DNA from: Azolla caroliniana
Taxonomy: Eukaryota > Plantae > Polypodiophyta
DNA length: 64,000 nucleotides
Assembly (NCBI GenBank): GCA_043228905.1
Contig: JBHGNT010000030.1
Location: forward strand, 124,001 to 188,000
Direction of reading: 5' to 3'
Position numbers and translations under genes: made by a program
Notes under the pieces: model-generated
Database searches by the model: none
Told to the model about the DNA's origin: nothing
What the model saw: the letters and a program-made list of their open reading frames with translations, nothing else
In this document: positions 11,575-24,343 of the stretch, one piece after another
Position numbering within the stretch: the first letter of the stretch is position 1
How the letters are laid out: each line of letters begins with the position of its first letter

Positions 11575-13133
11575 TGTCGAGGTTATCCTCGCGGAAGCGT
11601 AGAAGTTGGGCAGGACCACAGGGGGTCTCGAACCAAGGAATCGAGGAAACGAGGAGGGAGGAGTTTGAGAATCGCGTAGGTCTTGAGACCGCGGGAAAAC
11701 AGGTAAGGCTAGCGAACGAGAGAGGGTAGGAGAGTCGTGCGTAGACGCAAATGCGGGCAAGACACGGAGAACAACGTTTGTTAGGTAAAGATGGTTTCTA
11801 TTAAAACAACACAGATGCACGGTGTTGTGGGTGATTACAACCGGATCAGAGCCGGTGATGGAGCGTTGTCGCGAAGAATTTCGGCCAGAGGCGGAAACCG
11901 GGAAATGTTGGCTACATCGGCAGGGTGCACCATGTGCGCTCACCCTTGTACATTTAGTGTGAATAATGAGGGCACCTTTATGGCGCCGAACAGTAGTTAA
12001 GTCGGGATTTATCCCACATTGTAACGCATCCCTCTCCTTGTTCTATAAAAGGGAGGGAGCGCCCCTCTTCGAGGGGGTTGCCCATTTTTTAGTCCTAAAG
12101 GTATACTGTTTTGTGTTTCTTTCTAGGGTTAGCGACATCCTTTCTCTTCTTCGTTTCTTTCTGCTCCTTCTCGAGGAGTCGAGCAGTAGCTATGGCGAGA
12201 AAGCTATTAGGTTAACTCTTCTTCTCCAGTGCGTACCCGGCTCGCGGCCGGGGTTGTATCTCTCCCTGTTGCAGGTTGCTTCAGCTCGGCTTCTCCTGTG
12301 CAAGACCCCGATCGGCGCGACGAGCTCGAGAGCTCCCCGACGGCGGCTTGGCAGCAGACTGTCGTTGCAACCTAGCCTACCTCACTCAGCTCAGAGTCAG
12401 AGTTGTAACTCACTCTTGTAATCATAAATATATACAGGGTTGTGCATATTTGTGTCTCTGTTGGTGTGTGTGTGTGTGTGTGTGTGTCTTAGTGTTTCTT
12501 TCTTGCTTATGTACATATGTGTGCGAGAGTCAATATTGAGTGCCTGCTCTCTCTCTCTCCCTTCGGTTGCTTCCGGTGTGCTTCTGGGACGCCCCGGAAA
12601 TGGTGAAGCACGACTTCCTACGCTCCGTCACTCCCTAGTCCAAGACCCCCGTGGTCCCGCCTTTCTCCACGCACGCGCGAAACTTCGCGACAGCGTAGAG
12701 CTTGGCAATAGCCAGACACGAAGGTGCGTTGGCATGCTAAAGGTCGATCCCCTAGTCAGGAGCACTCAGGCGTCTGACGCGTGCAGGGGAAGCACCTTCC
12801 GAAGATCCGTTCTTACCTCTCCTCTCTGTATATCCTCTCCCCTTCCAATGGCCTCCTGAAGACAGTCGAAGGTCATCCCTTTTATAACACAAGGGGCGAC
12901 TGTTACAAGCATACATGACCCGTCGCTTTCCCTTCCAAGATTCTCTCCCCTGATTCACTCCCCTCGTAACCCTCCCTACATATGCGATGTTCTATTTCTT
13001 CTTTAATGCTCTAACTACCTAGTGCCCCTGCGTATACTCATGCTTAGTACTTTCCCTATTTAATTCTCTCGAGGCGTGCACTCACGTAAACCAGTGTTCC
13101 TACGCGTTTCACCTTGTTTCTACCTATGGCCCG
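11575..13133 (-). repeat. 5' LTR of gypsy B (outer ~14 bp deleted, interrupted by a solo LTR)
   Basis: Matches 4371-5099 on both sides of the 11867-12692 insertion; lacks the terminal GAATCTTCACGACA. Confidence 0.92.
11867..12692 (+). mobile_element. Solo LTR (gypsy family) with 4-bp TSD GCGT
   Basis: 10-bp perfect terminal inverted repeat TGTCGCGAAG/CTTCGCGACA, with GCGT on both sides. The sister LTR shows the empty site (GGAGCATAGAG near 4660). Confidence 0.93.
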
Positions 13134-13144
13134 AGCATTTATTA

Positions 13145-13804
13145 TCACTCATCCGTCTCAATAAAAAGCATGATGCCCTTCTTTACGAGCTTGTATGACT
13201 CACGACATACAAGTTTTACGATGCTCAATTTGCATCTTGATGAGTTCTTCATCGAGGTAGATAGGGTCCCCGCCCAATCCTCGAAGAATTGGTCTCTTTT
13301 TAAAAGTGTGATACTAGATTCTAAGTCCTTAAACTGGAGGACTAAAGCTCTCTTCCTAGTAGTGTCATGTCCTACCCTCCAAGTTTTAGTGATTGGTAGG
13401 GCTTCTGTGTACCCTAACATTTTCCCTAGTGTTTGTGCATCTTCGTCAGGAGATGCCCCTTCCTTGAGCCTAGTTACTCGTACATTTAGGCGTCGAGCTT
13501 GACACATTTTCTCCTCCTCAAGGGTAGTGTTTACAATATTTCCATCATTTAGTTCCTTTTTAATATTACATCTTACTACATCAACCCAACCGGTTTTCGT
13601 TAATTCCATGTCGCTTTTTATCTCTTCCTTAACCTTTTTAATCTTGTCCTTAATATCCTCTAGGGAAGATATTTCACCATCTTCCCTAAATGTCTCAAGG
13701 TCCTTAACTTGTTTCTGAAGGTTCATGTTGAGCAAAGTTGAGAAATACCGAGAAAAGGTATAAACTTGTGGGTAAGAAGTGAGCATATCTCTATATACAA
13801 CCAT
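13145..13804 (-). mobile_element. LINE ORF1 remnant (coiled coil plus RRM-like)
   Basis: Coiled-coil-like K/E region, then RRLNVRVTRLKE...WRVG...RALVLQF, typical of LINE ORF1. Same strand as the APE fragment on the other side of gypsy B. Confidence 0.7.
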
Positions 13805-16369
13805 TCATTTTTTGCTATGCTCACCATTAATTTTTGAGAGGGGACACTAATGAGATAAAATTATCCATTTTGATGGTTCATACCTTGATTTCCATATTTC
13901 TTATGTCATAGTCTTGGAGTCAATGCACGTGGCAATAGTGTGAAAGCTCCACGTCAAGATTTCTCCATGCTATCAAAGAATGCAATGAGCTAGCCAACAA
14001 TGCCACCAACTTACACATGACATTAAAAACACAAAATATTGTAGTTTGGATTTTCAACAAAGTGCCTTGATGGTTTGCAAAAATCAAATTTTGAATTGGA
14101 CACAACATTGGCCTTAATGGTCTACATAATACCCAACTACAGAACCACCCCATCAAAAAATTTGAAAATGTAACCTTCGCCTCAAGATTCCCCCAACCAT
14201 TTTACCCACATCAAACAATAGATAGAACTAAAAGTCTACGAGATCAAGGGGATATTAGAGGTTGTAAGAATCCCACATGATATCGCATACAAAATATTAG
14301 AGTTTGTAAGAATCTCACATGATATCACTTGCATCAACCATGTTTTATAGCCGAAAGATCATAGTTTGAAATGACAAACTATTCGTTTCATATTTTCAAA
14401 TTTGTTTCATAAATGTGCAATCATATTGAGCATACAATCATGTTAATTGTAGTTTTGAAGTAATAGGGAAAGCTAAAACCCCCTCTTGCATTAATTCACT
14501 TATCACTTCTCTCATCTCAACTAGAAACATGATCGATTGATTGTTGAGGTGCTTCAAAGTTCATACGATGTTGACTAAAATAATAAGTGAATACCCATTT
14601 ATGGTACACTTTGCATGAACTTAGTATATTCTTTAACCATATGTTTATGCAATATTTATGCCAAACAAAAAAACATCATCTACACTTGCGCTAACCATGA
14701 TTTGCTACAAATTAGTGAAAGACTTCATTGCAACACCTGTTTTGGAATTCATGATGCATGACCAATAATGTTGCTTGAGTTCCTACCAATGAGGATCATT
14801 TCAACCATAGGGAACAAAATATATTTTTATCTTTTTTTTGTTATGTTGCATGCACGAGGACAACTAGGAAAATTACGGTAGAGTTTATACTTTGATATAT
14901 TTGTAACAACATCAACAAGTAGGTTTTGAGAACTATTTATGTAGTTACAACAACTTTGGGTTGCAATGAACAACACAAGTTGTTTTCTCTTGCTTTAAGA
15001 CTTTGACAAGCTGTTGGCCATTTGGAATTGGAAGTCATTACCTCTATAGTGTTTCACCGTGATAAAATGACACAATAATTTTTGTAATAAATTAAGGTTA
15101 ATTGTTTCTTCAACACATCAAACATGTTAAATTCATAAATTTAAGGACACACAATACTTGCTTGAATTGAGTTACTAGATGCACAACCTTGGGAATTATA
15201 TGCTAATTTCAATTGCTAACCGTAGTTCCATTTTTTGTCATGGTTCAATCTTGCTAGTGTAAAACATTGCACCACTTTCCATTTCCTAGAATACAAGTTA
15301 TACATCCAAGTTTAATGGTACAAAAGCGATGCCCATGTAACTATGGGTCTTGAAAAAAGTGTTATGCATGTGTGTATACGAAACACAAATACTTGTGCTA
15401 CGAATCGGAGTGGTCTTCAATGTTGTCGACATAATTGATGTTCAAATTCAAACTTAAAATTTAAGAAAACTTAGGTCTCACTTTCGTAGTTTTCATAAAA
15501 CCATAAACTATTCTTAAGAACTTCCTTATGGTATAATTGAACCAAGGCGCTCATAAATTTAGAGTCTAGACACTTGAGAGAGAGGAATAATATATTCCTT
15601 ACATCATTCTTCTCTAGACGAAAATGCAAGCACTAAGGTACATCTCTTACTAATATTCATATGGAGAAACCACATTCTATTTATGGACTCATATTATTGT
15701 TCCTCCCACAAGAAAGGGGGGACCTATATATTTCTCCCCAATCACGTATTGGAATCTCCCAATCCACGAAATTATGCTAGTATTTGGCTTTTCTTAGGTC
15801 ACATTGAACACACGAGCTTTTAAAAAAAACTTTTAAAAGATTCAAGATGAGAACAAATTATTGAAAGAATAAGACAACAAACTTCACCTCTATTCTCTCG
15901 GATTGTGAGGTCCTAAGCCCTATCATCTCTTCTTTTGTGCAACGTCATAAGCAAAGTCTATATTGTAATAACACACAAAAGGGGTTAAAGAATAAACACT
16001 CTCATGATCATCATTGAAACAACAGAAAAGCTAGTCTCAAAAGTACTCGAGTCACACTCGCAAACTTATGTGTTATAAATGTTTCCATACTAAATGACAA
16101 AGAAGGGGGTCTTTGGTGCCAAACTCACTCAATCTCTCTCAATGGGTTAACGCCTCTATGAAAATCATCGTAAAACTTCAAATCTCAACGAACATCACTC
16201 CCCTACGTATGATCGTACCTCTATCTACCTTCGTAGGGATATGTATGTTCTCTTTCTCTCTCTGTATGTATGTAATAATGTGTGTGTGTGTGTGTGTAAT
16301 GTATGTATATGAAGCAAAACCATGTATAAACATGAAATAACACACTCATGTCTGAAAACAAACCAAATA

Positions 16370-18373
16370 TTAAAAAGAGCCTTCTAGTGAGTGAGCTTTC
16401 CATGTAGACATAGCATGTAGCATCCTACCCTTCCATCCCATCAAGAGGTATTGGCTATCCTCTGCCACAGTGTATTCCTTGTGCCAACTCTTCAACATTA
16501 CATGGACTTTGTCCCTGATCTCCTCATTCAATAAGAGTTGTTGGAACCCCACCTCTTCGGTCACCGCTTGCCAATGCTTGTACTTGTCGACGCGCTCTAC
16601 CACATCCGTCCCCTCGCACGCCACAATGTTTAGTATTGCTTTCCCAAGGATCTCGCTCTCGAACACCACTCGATCCGTGTTCTCGCGATCGATGAAAGTG
16701 TCGAGCATATCGTACACACTCTCGAAGTGGAAAAGGGCTTCTCGGAAACGCCTAGTGAAGAAGGGGGTGCTATAGGAACCTGTCACGATGCCTTGGATGT
16801 AGACATCGGGGTTTACATCTCGCCCCATCTTCAAGAGCTTGGACCGCGCCATGGGCGAGTCCAAGGTGTCATCCATGACATAGCGCAAGAGATATGCGGA
16901 AATGACCACTAGAACTTCGTCGGGCTTCCTTACGGGGGTCACAAAATCTTGCATTCGGAGGTCTTCCCGGGCGCCCGCCCATGCGGTGAATTGGAAGGGC
17001 ACGCGGAATGAGGCGGCACATTCTGACAATTGTGCGCCCGAGCTTTGCAAGCCTTCAAGCACGACCTCGGTTTGGGCGGGCAGCATAGAATAGTGCGGGA
17101 AGCCAACCCCTATGAGCCGGACATGGGGCGGTCCCTCGGGCCTCGCGGCCAGTGCTTTGAAGAGAGAGGGGTACTGAAAACCCGTGGTCTGAAGCTCCAG
17201 GATGTGCAATTTGGAGGCCCCCTTTGCTACATTCAAGATGGTTTGGTTTATGAAGTAATGGGAGGCTTTGGCAAAGGGGCAGCTCTCCATGTATTTGCAA
17301 GTGGCCTTCAAGATATCGGCCGAAGAAGGGCGGCAGCGCAAGCCGCCCATATACAAGGGCCATCCAGTCCCTGAGAACCGCGCATCCATGGCCTCGGCAA
17401 AGTAGTAAGCCAGCCGTTGGGTGCCGCTCCCGTAGGGCGATGGTGCGTGTTGCTTCACTCGCTCGAGTATCTCCATAGCAGATTTCGTGTTGTTCATGCC
17501 GGCTGCTTGTGCACATTGCAAGAGCAGATCATTGATATCCACATACTTGTGCTCGCAATCGCAATCTTTGTTCGCTCCACGGCCTTTCCTTGTACCACTA
17601 CTACATCTCTTCAGCGCCGTCCCACTCTCTTTCCGGAGCTTCAAGAGATTTCCCTTCTTTTGATGATGATGATGGCGACGACGATGGCGATGATGGTCAT
17701 TATCATGTCTATGAAATGGTACTAAAGTGGGTGTGGTATCGGCTCCGCCGTCCCAAGCCATGTCGAAATGACTAGAGGATTGCAACCTACTCATATCTAG
17801 CACCTCATCTCCCAAGGACTCGAATCGGATGGGCTTGATCGGCACGTGCGGATCGAAATACTTGAGGCTGTTTGTGGAGGAATCACCAGAAAGATTAGGG
17901 AGTTCTTGTGGAAAGAAGGTGTCACATGTTGTCATGAATGATGGCACCATGGTATGAATGGTGGCGGTTACGGGGAGTTTCGAGGAGGATTCGACACCAC
18001 CGCCATTATTGAAATCGTTGCTCATGTTCAAACTTAAGGAGGGAGAATCCTCCTTCAAGATGGCCGCGACCTCGGTGGCCTTGGCTTTGTATGCGACCAA
18101 CTCGCCATAGCTAATGGAAGGATCCTTGGGCTCGACATGGGCATCGCCTTCTTCTTCTTCGCCGAGGATGTCGTAAATGTATGAGAGAGCGGGATCCGAG
18201 AGAGGCTCATACCTAGAAGAGGAGGAGCCAAAATAATCCGGCTCCGCCACTATGTTCACATCATGCTGACCGAGGCTCCGAGCCTGGAATTCGCCCCGCG
18301 TTTGCTCAGAGATGTCTCGCAAGACAGAAGAGAACGAGGTTCGATCGAGAGGCGGCGTATCGCAAGAATCCAT
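16370..18373 (-). CDS. GRAS transcription factor, LISCL/SCL9-14-33-like, intronless, 667 aa
   Basis: N-terminal DPALSYIYDILGEE (LISCL-like motif), LLLQCAQA, SPYGSGTQRLAYYF, GPPHVRLIG, FFTRRFREALFHF, NIVACEG..VER, LMGWKGR..STW (SAW motif). Confidence 0.95.
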   Translation of the reverse strand: MDSCDTPPLDRTSFSSVLRDISEQTRGEFQARSLGQHDVNIVAEPDYFGSSSSRYEPLSDPALSYIYDILGEEEEGDAHVEPKDPSISYGELVAYKAKATEVAAILKEDSPSLSLNMSNDFNNGGGVESSSKLPVTATIHTMVPSFMTTCDTFFPQELPNLSGDSSTNSLKYFDPHVPIKPIRFESLGDEVLDMSRLQSSSHFDMAWDGGADTTPTLVPFHRHDNDHHRHRRRHHHHQKKGNLLKLRKESGTALKRCSSGTRKGRGANKDCDCEHKYVDINDLLLQCAQAAGMNNTKSAMEILERVKQHAPSPYGSGTQRLAYYFAEAMDARFSGTGWPLYMGGLRCRPSSADILKATCKYMESCPFAKASHYFINQTILNVAKGASKLHILELQTTGFQYPSLFKALAARPEGPPHVRLIGVGFPHYSMLPAQTEVVLEGLQSSGAQLSECAASFRVPFQFTAWAGAREDLRMQDFVTPVRKPDEVLVVISAYLLRYVMDDTLDSPMARSKLLKMGRDVNPDVYIQGIVTGSYSTPFFTRRFREALFHFESVYDMLDTFIDRENTDRVVFESEILGKAILNIVACEGTDVVERVDKYKHWQAVTEEVGFQQLLLNEEIRDKVHVMLKSWHKEYTVAEDSQYLLMGWKGRMLHAMSTWKAHSLEGSF

Positions 18374-20876
18374 GGAAGTCTTGACTTGGAGATCAAATTT
18401 GCGATATATATATTCGGTAGCGATTGGGGCGGGATCGAAAACTCGATCGATTCATTAGAGTAGAGGTCCAAGACCGAACACAAAATCGCAGAGGTGGACC
18501 GTGGGGGGGACAAGAGGATGAATGAGTTAGCAGCATATATGTAAAGATGATGGGGACATGGCTAAAGTGGTGTTGGTTGTCGTCCAAAAGGAGACATTCT
18601 CCATGGCTAAAGTGGTTTTCTCCATAGCTGTGTGCAGTGGAGAGGGTTTGGGTGTTGCAGGGGGGGGATCCTGGATTGGATGAAAAATGAATTGGAAAAA
18701 ACTCTGTTTAGAATCATCATCATTATCATCATCATCAAAGTACCAATATATGTATTTGTATGATGGAGCACAAAATTGAATGAATCCTGGGATCATGGAC
18801 CTACTACCTTACCCCCCCCTGTTCCCAAATCTATCTATCTCCATCCACACCTACTAAACCTTTGTCCACCAATGAGCTCCCGAGTCTCCCATACTGTCCG
18901 CTACCTCACTCGCTCGTGACCCGAACTGAACCGAACCGAACCGAACCGAATCATTCACGTCATTGCCCGCACTCGAGCTTGTGCTTCGGTTCGGACGCGC
19001 TGGTTGCTCGCTTCCATTATGTAGAGTCCATTCATATGCTTGTGTTTGACCCTTCTTACACTTGTTATTCTATTTCGGACGTGAGTCGGTCATGGGTGCA
19101 GAAACACGAGTTTACTACATATTGCCATGGTCGTCAATGAGTTGAAGGGTCTGATGATGATTGAGTTTCTATTAGATATTGAAAATATGTTGTCACATCA
19201 CTTCAACGGCATCCATCATTTAGATTATGGACCATGGATGCCCTTACAAGATGTGGTATCACAACGATCTTGTTTGCTCCATTGACATTCCTCAGAATGT
19301 AAACCCCACTTTGATTACAAGGAGGAAACTTAGTTGGAATCTCAAAATGCTAGAAAGTTTCAAATGGTTCAAAAGTGGAATGCGATGGTTTGAACACGAG
19401 ATCAATCGTCCTATCCACAAGGGTGTAGCACCGTCAAATTGTATCAATCAAAACTCAAACCTTAGGTCTACAAGGTATGTGAATTATATAGAGTTGATAG
19501 ACACAATTGGATAACATTCACAAAAAATTGGAATAACCCACCCCATCATTAGCGCGTTTATGATCTCTATTAAACATCAACTCTACTCCATCAATCTAAC
19601 ATGCATTTACTTCTTGAAATTTAAAACTTGTAAGAAAGTAAACTCAAGCCTTTAATTTATTTTGATTGATTAGATATTGGGAGTCATTTCTGTGACGTTA
19701 TTCAATTGTGAAAAATGGAGAGTTGTACCATCATTTTGAATTAACAAATGTAGACACCCCGTGATTTATTTCAATTACAGTTTACTTAGGCGCGCTGTAA
19801 ACCTTCTTATAACCAATGTTGTGACAATGCATAAATCTTTAACCTATTGGGATAAATTCCTCAAAGCAACATGTTTGATTTGTTGATTGTGAATGTCTTC
19901 TTTCTCACATCTTACGTGATAAGCAACATAATATACATGAGCTTTTTTGTCTATATTGGCAAAACAATCCCACACTACAAATTGTGGCTCGTAAACTTTT
20001 CTTTTTCTTTTTTTAGTACTTCACAAATGATATTTTTTTATCTATATTAGCACAAGGTTTTGTCTTCTAGTTTCACTAGAAAACATTTTAGTATACCAAC
20101 TTGTTACTTGTTTTCACTTGATTTTTTTTTGGATAATTGATTAGAATTATGTGTTATTTGTTTGATGCCTCAAGTGGACAATGGGCAATGTCATTCACCC
20201 AAAAATTCTAGTAAAGTTAATATAAGCATACTTCCTATGTTGATGCAAGATAAAGTTCAATTCTCTCGTTAAATTTAATGTTTTCAACGTGTATAAAACG
20301 ACCCAAAGCCATACATAAGAAAGACGTTATTAAAAACCCATGATAACCTCAATAGATCTATGGAATGGTGCCAATCCCATGAGAGAGAAAGAGAGAGACA
20401 ATTTATCATAATGAAGATTGGTGCATTCTATTCTACTTTGTCATACAGGCCACCCAACCCAAACTCCAACAACACCCACACTCATTTGAGCCCCTAGAGC
20501 ATTAAAACACACATTTTACTAGAATGTCATGGTCACATGTTGTTGGAGACATGATTCTAGCACCTTATTCTAATTATTCAATCATGCACCACAGGGAAGT
20601 TTTGACATAAAAGAGAGGTCATAAAATTTGATGACTGATAAATGTTTCCTCATCATCATGTCATACGAGAGAACCAATCACAGAGGGCTTAGAAAATGAA
20701 GGCAAAGGGAAACGTAAAGTGGGGGTGAGAAGGAGAGGCGAAAACTAAGATGTTGTGTTGGGTTAGACAAAAAGCTTTGGTTGTTATAACAAGGCTTCCC
20801 CCTAGATCACGATTCACTTAGCACCATTGTAATCCTAATAAGAGAATAGAGCATGTTGTGTGGAAGCTTAAGTTTT

Positions 20877-20948
20877 ATACACATACACATACACGTACAC
20901 GTACACGTACACGTACACATACACATACACGTACACGTACACGTACAC

Positions 20949-21005
<57 letters not shown>

Positions 21006-21058
21006 TACACACACATACACATACACATACCCCTACACGTATACACATACGCATACGT
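20877..21058. repeat. Compound hexamer microsatellite (TACACA/TACACG)n
   Basis: Directly visible. Confidence 0.95.
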
Positions 21059-24000
21059 CGATCAATATATTCGTCGTATTTAGGAGAAGGAACTCGTAAT
21101 GTGTATGTTGGAAGCATCCTCTTGGGGATCTCCATGTTAACGCAAGGGTTGAGGGTTGATTGTTGATGCTCTTAAAGCTTGAGCAACAATTCCCAAATTT
21201 GGCATGGGTCAACCTTCTTGTTGAGCTTCTGGTAAAACCTTTCGAATCATAAGAACAATTTCACATCTTGCAATAAAGATGATGTATGCTAGCTTAGAAC
21301 CATTTGAACCTTCATCATATCCATAGAGATTCCTCCTTGTGAGACTAGATATCCCAAAAAAATCTACTTGATTGTGGTAAAAATTGCACCTCTCCACATA
21401 GCCATATTAAAGCAATTTTTATAGAACTTGACAAACTTGGGCGTTGTACCCCTTTTGATTCTTCAAGTAAATCAAGATGTCATTTAGGTAAACTATGGTT
21501 AATTGTTAAGGATTAGGTAATTAATTAAGGAATAATTATTACCTAATTATGTGATTAAGTTAAGTGGAAGATTATGTGATATGTGTGTGTATGTGTGTGA
21601 GAGGAAGAGAGAGAGAGACTTATGAATAACACAAGATGGGGGATGAGTAAACTAGAGTGTATATTATAAAACATCATCAAATCCAAAAATACCCATAATG
21701 AGGTATATATACATCTCATGTGCAAAGGTGCACATGTGTGAGTAGAATATAAGTACTAATGTGTAAGTCCTATATTAAATGTACTTAGGAGTGAAGGATC
21801 TAGAATATCCCACTTAAGTACAGGTCTTATTTAAGGCGTTATAGTCAACACTTCTAACTAGATTCTATCTAGGTAACTACGAAGTTACATTGTTGACTAA
21901 CTAACTAAACTAAGTTGAGCTTGATCTCTCAACACGCCCCCTCAAGCTCAAGTGTGAGGCGTTCGACATCCGGCGTTGTTTTCGGCATTGTTCGGCTTTC
22001 GATGTTGGCTTCTGTGTGGCTTCCATCCGGCCTTCGGCTTTCTTCGCCGTGGCAATCTCGGGTCCTCCCCCTCAAGCCGGTGACGAAGGCTTGTAGTGTG
22101 TCGGCGAAGGTCGGCTACTTCCACCCATCGTGGGTTACGATCCGCTTCGGTGGAGCTCTTGGGCTCTTGTTCGGACGCTACCTTCATCGCGAAGGCATAG
22201 TGATGGGCCATATACTCGTTGTAGTCGAGCCGTGTGAGGGGGTTCTTAGCTCTAGATGAGCGTCGAAGTTTTTCACTCGCCGATGTGAGCGCCTTCTTTA
22301 CTCCGGGTGTCCGCATGATGGGTACACCGAACTCACTGTCTAATGAGGGAGTCGATCCATCCGAATCATTGTCGTCGGGGTGGTCGACTTCATATTCCGG
22401 CATCTTCCCCTTGCCCTTGTCCAAGTTCGTACTTGGTTGCGATGTGCTTGGGTCGCGTGGGGGCTCTTGTGGCCCACTAGGCTTTGTCGTAATCGGACTT
22501 TCTTCGTTTAATATGTGCAAGTTGATCTTCAGCTTCTACCTCTTGTTCGGCGTAATCTGCATCGAGCGTAGTTGGCGTCGAAGAGGTCTCTAGTGTGTAC
22601 CAGGATGCGTACTCGTCGAAGACTACGTCTCAACTTACGCGAACTTCTCGCGTCGACGGGTTGTAGCACTTGTACGCCTTCTTCTCGGACGAGTATCCTA
22701 CGAGGATACATCTCTCTGACTTCATGTCGGACTTCTGTCGTTGTTTGTTCGGGATGCGTACATTCGCAATGCTTCCAAACACTTTGAGATGCGACAGGAT
22801 CGACTTCCTTCCAACAAGGAGCTCATATGGAGTTAGCTCATGCACTCCATTCGTGGGGCATCAATTCATGAGATAGACGACTGTAGATGTCGTTACGGCC
22901 CAATAGAAGTTCGGCATGATTTTCTCATGTAACATGGCCCGTACTACCTCAAGTATTTGCCGATTTTTCCTTTCAGCGACTCCATTTTGTTGGGGTGTGT
23001 GTCGGCACGAGAATTCTCTCCGAATGCCTTCACTATGGAGGTACGAGGTGAATTCGTCGGAGAAGTACTCCTTTCCTCCATCCAATCGTAGGCATCAAAT
23101 GTGCCGACCGGTTTCTTTTTCGACTTGCCCCTTGAGCTTTTGGAAGTGGGAGAACACTTCGCTCTTCTTCTTCATCGGGTAGATCCACGCATAACGTGAG
23201 TAGTCGTCGATGAAGGTTACGTAGTATTGGCATCCGCTGATCGTCGACATTTGAGTAGGTCCCCATACATCTGACTGTATGACGTCGAGGAGGCCTTTGC
23301 TTGTGGAGCTCTCCTTGGGGAATGGGAGTCGATTTTGCTTGCCAAATTGGCAAGCGGCACACACGTCTTCAATCTCTTTCTCTGCGAGTGTCGGGAGCCC
23401 GATGACGACTCCTTTCGATTGCATTGCCTTGAGCTTTTGGAGATTTATATGGCCAATCCGCTTGTGCCATAACTCTATGTTGGAATCGGCTTTCACGCCC
23501 TTCGCAAACATGGCCGATTTCATCTCGTGTGAGTCGAGAATGAACATTCGGCCCTCTCTTCGTCCGCGAGCGATGAGTCGGCCCTCTTTTTCGATGAAGC
23601 AACCACCTTGATTAAATCATACTTGCATTCCTTGCTCTACAATTTGACCGATGGAGACCAAATTCTTCGTGATAGTTGGTACATGCAAGACATTTTTAAT
23701 ATAAGTTTGCTTACCTTCTTCTCCGAACAGAACATTGCCGATGTGCCGAATAGGGTGCGTAGTGTCGTCTCCGGTTTCGACATAGCTGGGTCGGTCCGGC
23801 TCTCGAAGTTCTCAGAACCATTCTTGATGCAACGTCATATGGTTCGAGGCACCGGAATCGACGAACCATACGTCTTCTGGACCGGAGGCACTAGTGGAAG
23901 TAGAGGCCGACATAGAATTCGCTCTATGTCTCATCATGAACATTCTGCCACGATCATCATAATCGGAGTTGATGGCGTAGTTGGTGAGTTGTCGGCTAGT

Positions 24001-24343
24001 GGAAGCTGACTCGCGTATCTTCTTACGGCATTCTTCTTCGTGGTGACCGATTTTTCCGCAATATCCGCATTCGACCGAGCTTTGTCGGTTCGACCAGAAT
24101 GGAAGCTCCCCCTTCTTCCGAAGGTTCCTCGATGGCTTACGTCTTGATGCCGAAATTGCGAGTTGTTTTCGTAAATCGGGCCTTGTCCGCCACGTCCTTG
24201 GCCGAATCGGCCTCTTCTTGCACGGTCGCGTCCTCTTCCTTCGTCCAAATGCATGTAGAGCATTTGGCCTTACGAGGCGTTGTTCCTTGTTTGAACATGA
24301 TTCTCTTCAACCAACAACATGGATTGAAGATCGAAGAAGGAGG

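Larger units (their letters stand above)
4371..13133 (-). mobile_element. Ty3/gypsy element B, near full length and degenerate, with two nested solo LTRs
   Basis: Paired LTRs at 4371-5113 and 11575-13133; PBS 11553-11570; PPT AGTGGGGGTGGA at 5114-5125. Domain order gag(11529)-PR(~9800)-RT-RH-INT. Confidence 0.95.

Noticed and set aside
13900-15450. Possible decayed DNA-transposase remnants
   Set aside because: No readable motif, TIR or TSD that I can support.
18920-18950. (CCGAA)n pentamer run upstream of the GRAS gene
   Set aside because: Short simple repeat with no evidence of function.
20807-21166. ORFs with HT/CV/MC dipeptide repeats (also at 27261-27591)
   Set aside because: Translations of microsatellites.
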